NCBI GenBank assembly: GCA_976226885.1
Contig: OZ320313.1
Coordinates: forward strand, 75,702,001 to 75,766,000
DNA: 64,000 bases
From: Iphione sp. A-MEVVRFRX5
Taxonomy: Eukaryota
Direction: 5' to 3'
The notes beneath the pieces are model-generated. The model worked only from the letters and a program-made list of their open reading frames with translations, was not told the DNA's origin and ran no database searches. The translations under genes were made by a program, and so were the position numbers. Position 1 is the first letter of the stretch. Every line of letters starts with the position of its first letter. Below are positions 53,701-64,000 of this stretch, piece after piece.

Positions 53701-56700
53701 CAAGTCAGTCTAATGAAAAGACCTATCATTTACGATGGCCACAGTATCCAATTTCAACCCAACAATACCAATCCTTGCGCTCCATCCCCATAGAACCATT
53801 AGAAAGAGGGAGTGAAGGAAATGGAGGAGGCGAAAGAATTTTCTACAGATAGCGGCGATATTTAAAAAAAGTCCGAGAATGTCTTTAGAAACAGGAAATA
53901 TAATAGGCGTACATACTTAGAGACTTGAGGGCTAACGATAGGAGAGGCGGCTGGGGAGAGAACTACGGATGGGTAGGAGGGTGGAGGAGGCAGAAAGGTG
54001 AGAAAGAAAACGATACCATGCCGCCCGTGCCCCGGCCCTTAAGGTACCTGGGAACCCCATTATTGCGCTGTCAAAAGACTTCCTTCTCATAGGGTCTTCT
54101 TGTAGTTATCGATCTTGGTCTTTTCCTTGTCAGATGTACAATTTCATCTCGGAAGAAAGCATGGTGTTGTCGCCTTTCATCATTCGTGGCGCTAACAACT
54201 CTAAGGGTCTGTAATTTCTCTTGCTTGTGTGAAATGCATAATTACTCCTTAAAGACTGTAAAGGGAATTTATTGAATCGAATACTTTTGTGGTTGGTCAT
54301 CAGAAGTCATCATTCACCCCCCCCCCATGAAGGTTTTTGGGAATAGGCTATGGAAGGAAAAAGTAGGGAAGGCGTTTAAAAAGAATGTTTAGCACCTACT
54401 AGAAAGGCTTTCCGCCTTAATCTAAATACTCTCTCATGAGAAACCATTTGTATGTAGAGAGCAGCATGTGTTTTCCTCCAGGAAGTAGTCTGTCGTCCTG
54501 AGTTCCTCATCAGCGTAAGTTAATGTGATTATTAGTCCCTGATAAACGGACTAAGAGGATAAAAACTTTCACTACCCTGTTAACTTAATTTCAAAAATAG
54601 ACGTTAAGTCGTGCAGTCAAGCTGTGATCACCATGGGGCTGTTTAAATGGTCGTTCTAAATTTACCAATTGCATTTTATGTCCCTACTTAGTAGGCCACT
54701 TTCGGCAGCTTCTACCGAAACATCAAATATATTAGATGATATATCAACGGGAAATGCCCCTCTAATTTGCCTTAATCAAACTAAGGCTTTTCTTTGTTAA
54801 GTATAAAACAAGTCTCGCCTATCTTTAAACGAGTTTCTGTCGGCACATAACTTAATTTCGAGTAGGCAATGTATTTTGTTTAATGTGTGGCCATATTTAG
54901 ATTTAATGCGTGGGTAAAAAAGCAATATTTCTGTCAAGTGTGGTTTCTTCAGGAGTTCAAATGAAAAGCCCAGTTAAAATGAAGACAATCTGAATCTGCG
55001 TACAGTCACAGCTGGTGTAATTAAGCAGAAGGGATTTTAATTGAAAATGGTGCTTCTTTGACACTTCTTATGAGCAGTTAATCTAGTGTGCCACGCAATA
55101 ATTACTATGTACATGAATTTTGATACGCACTACGTGTCAGCTATTATCCGGTCCATTGATAAGAAAATTATTCTCTTTGGTATGCGAGACAGGCTTACAT
55201 TGTGGCACAAAAAAAATCCACAAGACCACACGCCTCTATTCACTAGGTGGGGAACATAATTTCTTTTCGAATCGGGTTACCTTGTTCAAAATAATGATAA
55301 CTAATGTATTGTAATATGTTGACTTACACCCTCTCAGCTACCCATGTGATAAACCATTATGGGGATTAGGAGATGAATCAAAAACATAATCAGAACTAAG
55401 AATGTAAGCAGAGGTATTTCATTCCTGGACAGTGACTGAGTGTGTTAGGTAGGCAGCGATAATCTATCCCCGGTGATAAAAAAAACCGTGAATAACATGA
55501 TGATGAACTGGGCTGATATACTTGATATCGCATCCCTCGTGAAGGGGTAAGTGATTATCCCTTGTCATTCTTCACGGGCGTTGGAAGACACATTGTGCCA
55601 TTCAGAAAGGCTGGGTCTGGCTCTGACCGCCAGTGATCTGCGGCTAGCGGCGTACCTCCTACACCGGCCCCAAGCTCCGGTCCTGCTGCCCGTAAGGCCT
55701 TGGCACCTGGGCGGCCCAATCTGTCTCCGTTATGCTAAAAACGATGCCGGCTAATCCGGACATACGGGACGGGCAGCGCTTATAGTTACACTGTTTTGCG
55801 CCTAATCGAGCCAGTCAGTGTCATAAAGCTTCCACGGCCAGGATGAGCCATCCCATCCTCCGCTCATGGCCGCCCTCCTCATCCTCCGCTGTTCACACCG
55901 CGTGTAGCATTTAAAAAGATCGGTGAGCAGACTCTACGGATAAAATACTCGGACGCATTTAGTATCACTACCAGCTTGTCTGTTTCGGAGGAGGTAACCG
56001 AACTGTGGCACACTTCTCCTTTTGAGTTCTTCCTACAGTTGGGGTAGACAGTGCTTGGAGTTGAAACAACCAGTAGTTTAGGTATGCAGATAGCGCTTGC
56101 ATTCCACAGACTGTGGAGTGTCTAGGCATCCATTATGTAAATGTGCACCGACCAGCCTCTGTAAGACGCATTGGTAGGAATCTAATACTAATGAATCATT
56201 TCCATCACCTCCGCCCCAACATTTCTTTTCGATTGACACGATTATACCATTTCCCTTTGTGGAGCACCCAGTGCTCTGACAGCCCAACAGAAGCCACTTG
56301 CCTACACAGCGTGAGTAGTATGTATCTAAGGGTGGAAAGGAGTGTTTTAGGAAATACCGCGCTCGGTCTGTCTCCTCTGTATTGGCCTACCAACCGTACA
56401 CGGTTATCATTGATTATTTGGCCGTGTAAGGTTGGGTGCTACCTACTGGGTTGCTCGGGTTCCAAATTGCAAAGCCTTCGCCACGCGATAGATGCTCATG
56501 AAGTGTGCCTAGCATACAGGAAGAGAGGATATGAGGCAGAAGCAAACGAACACTTTCACTCTGTATGACTCTCGGATGTAGTCTTACTCATCACTAAGAT
56601 ATCCTTCTTTCATTTCGAATGGCAATTCGTGCAGCACACACACTGATATGATTGATATTTATATGTAGTATTATGGATCCCTTGTACATGTATATTGGGG

Positions 56701-56929
56701 GGTTTGATAGACCTCACTTCTGATAAATTGGTGCTTTCGTTGCAAGGGCAAAGAATGGTGTTTCATGTAAAATATCGTAATTCTGAACCACCGCGTCCTA
56801 TCCGTGGCCAGACTTCAGTGCTGAAATGCCTCAAATGACGCTATCGTCATAGTCATATTGGCCGTGAGATATTACCAGGACGAAATTGGCTCAAATGATG
56901 GGACGCTAAAATCGGGAAGATACCACATC

Positions 56930-57210
56930 TGTCGCCACACCTTTATCAACCCGACGGCAGCGACGCTTTTTATGACACGACACAAGAAGCGTTGGCCAGA
57001 GCACGACCATTCTTTCTACACCTCACCTCGTCATTGCCGTGGGCAACTCCAGCATCTAATCCAATCAGACACTCGGTGGCGCAAGTGTCGGTGCGATCCA
57101 CACGCGTTGCAGAACACGTATCACGATTGGACGGGCTAATCCTCTGTTGTGTCGGGAGCACTGTTGGTGGAAGCGGGCGAGCGTTCTGTGTAAGATGGCG
57201 GAGGCGACGG
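56930..57210 (+). promoter_or_regulatory. CpG-rich patch with promoter-like motifs (two CCAAT boxes, YY1-like AAGATGGCGG)
   Basis: CCAATCAG at 57061, ATTGG at 57126 and AAGATGGCGG at 57192-57201. The evidence is motif-only, and the patch could be TE-derived. Confidence 0.3.
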
Positions 57211-60077
57211 TTCAGTATCAACCAGGCATATTTCCTAAAATGGAAGCATTAATAATTCCTACACAGAGCGAAGGGAAATCGTAGATAACGTTTTTTTCTA
57301 CATATTTATATCTATATGACACTGTTATTTTCAAGGTGTATTAAGTCTACTTTTTTGGCTTTATAGATCACACAATGACAATTTAGTCTTGGACATGATC
57401 AGGCATTTACATTCCACTTAGAAGGATAAACTACAGGTATGTTTTATTCATAATGATTGCGACTGCGGTGGGAGTGGTGATTCAGACATGTACCACTGAT
57501 AAAGTACAGTCTATTTTGAAGAATAATCCAACAAAGTGTAATAATGTTTCCCAAGAGTTGCTTTATCATAGTGAAGGACAGTGCACTGTTAGTCTGATTA
57601 AAAGAGCTCATTTAACTAGCAAGAAACACGGCCTGTTTGTAATAGATGAACACGTTAGGAATTCCTTACGTCCAGTCAGTATTCGTATAGAATAAATTGA
57701 CTGCTTATACTTCAAAACATATTCTACGAACCAAGCCACAGAAACGTTTGGCCTTTAAGAGGAGGATTCTGATATCATTAGCTTTGTTGAACCCCGTTTC
57801 AAACTCCCGAAATAGATAGGAGAACAGCTGTATAGTCGCTCACGTCTTCCCTGACGTGAAAGACGTGATTACTTCAATCACATATCGTCCGATCGGCCAT
57901 CATCGGACACCTCGACTGGAACATCAAAGGTGTGAAACAGGTCAGCGTTGACGCCCGCGTGCCGTCTGCTGAGCGAGGCGGCTGAAGGTTGCTGATCAAC
58001 CGGCACTGAAGCCACACAAAGCTGGGCGGCAGCACAGCACCCGCTTTTGGCCCTGTCATCAGCCCTGGTAGCAACAGGGGGTTGGTTGGCGCTGTCTAGC
58101 TTAGGGTCGGCACCAGAGGCAGATGGTAGTTCAACAGCAACTTCCCGTTCACTGAGGTCGTCTGTTTTTTTAAAGAACGTGTAGACAAGCAGCACAGTAT
58201 CGAGTGATAACGAATACAGACCCCTCGCTGTATTTGTGGGGGTGGGTGGGTGAAGTGCCTTCATAATGAAGTACTGTTCAGTGTCGATTCTGTCCTACTC
58301 GTTAAACCGTCTTAAATACGTGCACAATGAAGTATTGTGATAAATGGCATATGAGTCATTATGGGAAAAGATTATATGTGATAGAAATTCAACAAATAGT
58401 TGCTAAAAGCTCAGTCGGTTATGGAGCTTTGTCGCTTATAACATCATCGGTTACTGAGGGACAACTGTAGTAGAAAATGTACCAGGTGTACTAATAACTC
58501 ATCTTTGGACCTCACATTTTCGAAATACAGAAGTTGGATTCATAGCCTAACAATCTACCATGAAAAACTTTCAGTAAACGTTTTCATCAACACATGGTGA
58601 TTTGCGTTGAACGATCGCAATGTCATATCTTAAATGCACAAAATCGACTGTCAGTATCTAATAGCTTACAGTGTTTATCCTAATGTTTGTCTTGTTAAAA
58701 GAGATTTGTTTAGGGCATTTGTATTGCAGTAAGAGACTTCCGTTATGAATATTAGCACCCAAGAAAATCTAGAACGGCGCTTATATGTTGTTAGATAACA
58801 GTTTTCTCTGGGCACCGAAAGGAAATGCTGAAAGTGTATAATTACTAAGGAAAGGGATAAGCTCATGGTATAAGATTCTTTGGAAGAAAGGAGGGCGTGA
58901 ATATACTACTGGATGGCATAAAGCGCATCTTCATTCAAGTGGTCTTGGAACTTTTATGCACAGTGATTAACTTCCCTGTTGGCATGTATGAAGCCCCAAT
59001 ACTTTAATATTGAAGCAGTTAATGCGATGTTTAACAACCAAATACTTTTTATCTAGTGAATAGCTGAATGATAGAGCCATCCTCGAGCAGTCGTCACAGA
59101 TGTGTGTCACCACTGGGTCTATCAGGTGGAACTCGTTTTCGCGTGGATCTATTTATCAGGGAGTTTTCTGCGTAGCTCATTGATCACACCGTGGGTCCCC
59201 TGTGAATATTGACTACAAGGCAGTGGAGTGGCGAATCCCGAGGATATCTCCGTGTGTAACCTGGTCGTATGCGGTTCTATGCTGTACGGTATTAAATATG
59301 CCGATGTTATGACTATGTTTCCGCAGACTTCTGGTCAATAAACTGATAGGACCATTGGGAATATGGATGGCATGTATAGAGGCTCGACCTGGACACGCTC
59401 ACCCACTTTGCTCGGATTTGCCCTATCGTAGAGGAGGCCCCTTGTATCTTGACGACCAATACCTTAATTCACGGTACACTGACCCACACCAGTATACCAT
59501 CATGCTCCCGACGAGCTGCTCTCACAGGGCATGCAGTTTGCCCGGGAGTCATCGAGTAGCTCATGCGCGTTCACATTGATTTTATAACAATTTCTATAAT
59601 AGAATTATACCAGGCAACACGAACGTGTGATGGTTTATAGGGGAGACACAGCGGCGAGTGGACGCCCTAGCGCTAGAGACACCAACTGACGCACTATTCC
59701 TTGAAGACGTAGGCTATTTTAGATATGTCGTAGATCTTCCTCCCTTGCACTGCATTAGGAAGATGAATAATGAATCTTAGCTCCATATAGACACTACGGC
59801 CTAAGCCGAACGTCTGCCGAACATGTCCCACGACCCCTGCGTAAAATGGTTACAATGTAGACCAAAATTGCAGTACTAGCATCTTTAAAAAAATATTTGT
59901 CTACCCTGCATAATACCTACGAACACTTTTCTTTAATGTCCAGTAATTGCGATAAACCAGTTCTTCAATATGCATGTATTGTACTACAGTTTCATAGCAG
60001 ATAAATCATCACTCCTATGGGGGCGTACTCTTTTCAGAATATGAGAGAAAACCTTTAGTTGTCGTTTGTTCTTTCAG

Positions 60078-60220
60078 TTGAAGGAGCCTAACAGTGCATT
60101 TATGGACGAGGAACACAAAACACTGACCCTGCATGTGGAGTGGATGGACTCGCACCTGCTCTACCACACAAAGTATCATCGGCTTGACGAGGCCAGCTCC
60201 CGCCAGAAGCACCAGATGTG
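60078..60220 (+). CDS. Tandem MATH/TRAF-like domain protein, exon 3 (end of third domain, start of helical tail); not shown as an ORF in the track
   Basis: Acceptor ctttcAG at 60077 and donor TG|GTAAGC at 60221 (phase 2). The GC3-rich frame reads LKEPNSAFMDEEHKTLTLHVEWMDSHLLYHTKYHRLDEASSRQKHQM. Confidence 0.8.
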
Positions 60221-63200
60221 GTAAGCCCCCCTAGTATTAATTGATGTTCATAACAGAACTGATCAACGGATGAAAGCAACGTCACGTAACAGAGGCCACT
60301 GCAGTTGGTGCAAAAAACCCTTCTTAAAGGACACTAAGGCTTTTGAATCACCTCTTCCCCCTCAACGTTTTTCAGTTCATGCCTTGCTTCTTTTATTTTG
60401 TCTGCGCTTTTTATGTCCTCTGCAAGTAACGTACTTGCAAGCGTGCAGGTAATATTAAGAACTGACGCTAGGCAAAGTGACATTATTCTCATTGCACTAC
60501 GAATCCTTTCATCACGATAATGGCACTCCGACATTTTTTTCCGTTCGGCTCTAAATTTATAATAATAAATTCTAGCAGTAACGAGGGTGGGAAGAAGATC
60601 AAAAAAGGAATGTGTACTCTAAAATGACACCATGTTTTAATGGTATTTGGAATGTGGCAACCCATCAACGACATGATGAAGGCAGTGATGCAGGGATGAA
60701 AGATGAATTCCATACTCCAGAAGAATTCAGCCTTCTGGAGATTCTTAAAATCAAGTTCCGTGTATTTTTTTCTATTCCCTCCGATTCAGGAGATTATTAC
60801 ACACGTCTGCTACACCGGATAGTTCCTGTATGCTTGGCCTTTGTATAACCCTTTGCTTGCCTGTACTATTTAACCACACGTCAATATTTCATAGCAAAGA
60901 CATGCCGGTGTATAGCCCATGCCTACACAAGGCACTTTTATATAAGGTATAATTGGAACAAAGAGGGGTAAATAGAGATAGAAAAGGTCCTTCCCTTCAG
61001 AAGGCAACTTGTACAGAGCAGGGCGAGCTTTGATCATCGCACGAATGGACACCGGGCCACCTTTGATACCCCCCTCACTGAAGTGTCAGTGACAGATGGC
61101 TGGTTGCTCCAGAAGCATCATCATCCTGCGGGAGTTTAATAGCTGGTGAACCTGCTCGCAGGTAAAGGTATTGCAAAAAAAACAGCGATTAGACTAAAAT
61201 AGGCCCGTGTGAGTGACACGGTGAGGCGCCCCACTGACGGGTCCTTCCTGATGTAGACTATTTGGAAAGTCTGAATGATGGCAGGCTTCTTTGGAGCCGC
61301 CAGGTAAAGACAGCAGAACGGGAACTAATCCATCTTCGTCTAGACTGCCGTCAAAAATAACTGACGACACGGCGGCAAGGGAAAATGATGCAGTAGCAAT
61401 GAGTCCTAAATATTCACGTGTAATGAGATGGATCAGCGGCTTGATGAAGTGTAGCATCTATGGGTGGAATCTGCACGTTGTTCATGGCCGTCTATACACT
61501 GAAAGAAGATAATTGAATTCCTCATTGTAATGTGGGTAAAGGAGGTGTGAATCAAATTACATCGTTGAAATGTGTTCGATGAAGAATCTGCAGATATCTT
61601 TTTGACAGACCAGCAAACCTTCGAAAATAATGCCCTTGCACTATCTGTTACAAATACGCTAGGCTTCTTATTATTATGAGAAACAGTGAAGCTAAAGATT
61701 TTGATTTTACGTCGTTTTACAATACTGCCTTTCGAAAAGATCACTTAATTTGGGTAATATCTATGTAGATATATTTACAGAGATATCATCGCAGGAAATA
61801 TTCTACATTGAATTTTTAATTTAGCTTCGCGTGACTTGGAATGCCGGTCAAGTAGCAGTGCCTTTGGTCTGTAAGCTTTAACTGGGACGAGCATTACTGC
61901 TCATAGTATTTACAAAAGCCCCTCATGTACACAAGCGGGCAACCCGGGTGTTGAAAGGTCGAGGTTGAGCATGAAATCAATACCAAGTCCTTTCAAAATG
62001 GTGCCGTTTGCAGGGAAATCTGGCAGAAGACCACGTGCCTCAGGTGCCTTTGGCAGCGTCTCCCTGTCAATCTGTCGTGATCGGTCACCCACCCATCTGA
62101 CCTGGTGTGCTCTCTCCCTTACCCCCTTTCCAGTAGGGTGAAAGTTACACACACTTCGCAATCGAAAAAAAGGCTGCTCGCTTCAAGCCGCCGGCACTAT
62201 CCGCTCTCAGATCCGTCTGCTCTGGAAGGCATTTCTCGCCAATATATTAAGGGAGAACAAAGGATGGCTACAAATTACGACAAATATTTGCTCACCTCGC
62301 TAGGTCACTCATATTTCATGACAGTTGGAAAATCTCACGTTCTGACAATTATGTCATGAATAAAGATAATCAGAAACAAAATGCTTAAGTAAGATTTCAC
62401 CATTTTTCAGAGTTTCACAAGAGTGTCCAATGACTTATCTATTATGGGTAGTCTATAAAAATGGTACATGCAGATGTAAAGCATAATTCAAAACAGAAGA
62501 AATGTGGTATAACAGTAAGTGTTCACTATTTTGGTTATTAATCACGAGTACCTCGAACATCTTGTGGAATTAGACTTAACGTGCTCCCCAGGAATTTAAG
62601 TAGCTTTGCCTAAAGGTCTTCCTCTGCAGTAAACAGACGCATTAAACAAATACATTTGGGGTCACGTCGTTCGTGACAACGACCTGAGTACGCAGCAATT
62701 TAGTATTCTTCCTGTGGCCAGGTAACTTAAGCCTATCCCTCAGCTAGCTGCATATGTACATGCATGAAGATAATGCGGACCGAGCTTTTCACCTAAAAAC
62801 AGTAAGGATGGAAAAATATTGCACATTCTAGGGTTATTCTCGCCCCAACTTCCAATTGAATTACATGCATTAATTTAACGTAATCATATCGACCGTTGAA
62901 GTGCTCTCAATTGCTTCACCTTTTTTCAACCAGAGATGAAAGAAATAGGCCATATTCTATCACAGTTTGATCATATAGAGCATAGTCCTGATTGTCTGAA
63001 GCCATGACGAACCGGTTTCCCTATTCGGTTGCTGGAGAAAGGTGAGGTGAAGCGAACAAGGCAGGAGATGATAAGTGGAGGAGGGCTCGAGTTACCCTCC
63101 AAGGTTCGCCCTTCCACGCGTTTACCACCTCGCTGTCTGGCACACTGATGCCGGCGCCATTATGGCTCAGCTGCCAAGAAAAAAAAGAGAAAAAGATACG

Positions 63201-64000
63201 AACCCGAATCGTCCCTTGGGCCTCATCGGCTGCTGCGTTACACTTGACTTTCTCCAACCCAGGCCCACGCAGTAATTTGCCTCTAGTCGGTCTGAATTGT
63301 AAATACGGGAAATGCGAATCTGTTGTCATCGGATGGAATGTCCTTCGGGCCTTATGGCCCAAAATACTTCTATTTGAATATTTATTTCAATATTTCTGTT
63401 TTTGCATGAACACATTAGAATCACGTCGGCATGTTTAGGAAGCGGGTGATTTACGTGCTATCATTAAGCTGGCGTGCACGGAAAGGTCGAAAGAAATTCT
63501 GAACAAAATGACCCTCACATAATGTCCATCGTTATATAGATACACAATATACAGCTTAGTTAGCATTGATATCCAAGAGCCAGATTGTAATGTGGTTGGT
63601 AATGTACCATAGTGTTTCGTTGTATCACATATGCGTCTATACAATATATGCAGACCCGTTCCTCATTCCATTAGCATCTTCGGTGTATGACTGAATGGCC
63701 TTTTCAAAACAAGTGTATTCCGTCTCGGAGAGACATTCAAACTAACCACTGTCCTAGCAGTAATAAACAAAAGTGATAACTGGATGCCAGCGTGCTCTGT
63801 GCGAATGGCGTGGATAATTGAGTTGAAGCAAGCCCCCGAAGATATGTCAGCCTCATCACAGTTTAATTAGGGCCGCTGCGAGCTACACGAACGCCCCCTA
63901 CAGGCGTTCCAGGAACCTACGCAGTTGAAGGCGCTGTATTTCGAAACAGTTTAGAACGGCAGTGAGGATAAACAGACCAGGTAGTTAAAAAGTTAGAGGT

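Larger units (their letters stand above)
25399..60077 (+). other. Intron 2 of the MATH-like gene (34,679 bp, phase 0)
   Basis: GT at 25399 and tttgttctttcAG ending at 60077. The joined peptide EIPVQE|LKEPNSAFMDEEHKTLTLHVEW reads as a continuous MATH C-terminal motif. Confidence 0.72.

Noticed and set aside
1-64000. Most of the 60-100 aa ORFs in the track; CRISPR, rRNA, tRNA, snRNA and prokaryotic operon or defence systems
   Set aside because: The short ORFs lack codon bias, motifs and splice context, and mostly start at GTG/TTG. No regularly spaced repeat-spacer array or RNA-gene signature was seen, and the gene structure is clearly eukaryotic.

Overview
This window is eukaryotic, most likely an invertebrate animal. 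It has GT-AG spliced genes with GC3-rich exons in AT-rich, repeat-littered introns, and I see no operons, rRNA, tRNA or CRISPR. Two + strand protein-coding genes are supported. (1) A TLC-domain (TRAM/LAG1/CLN8-family) membrane protein with two coding exons, 260-480 and 1151-2123, giving 397 aa. (2) An uncharacterised protein built from about three tandem MATH/TRAF-like domains, with exons at 8841-9275, 24715-25398 and 60078-60220. These join in frame across 15.4 kb and 34.7 kb introns, and the gene probably continues beyond the window. The rest is intergenic or intronic DNA containing decayed CR1/L2-type LINE pieces, pogo/Tc1-type and PIF/Harbinger-type MITEs, short tandem duplications and several unexplained GC/CpG-rich patches. 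I found no multi-gene 'system'. The best leads are the triple-MATH gene and its possible alternative 5'/3' exons, the divergent TLC protein, the 6.7-7.8 kb GC-rich island, and a strong excess of the palindromes TACATGTA and TAGGCCTA that may be transposon excision footprints. All family assignments come from motif recognition by eye; no database search was run.
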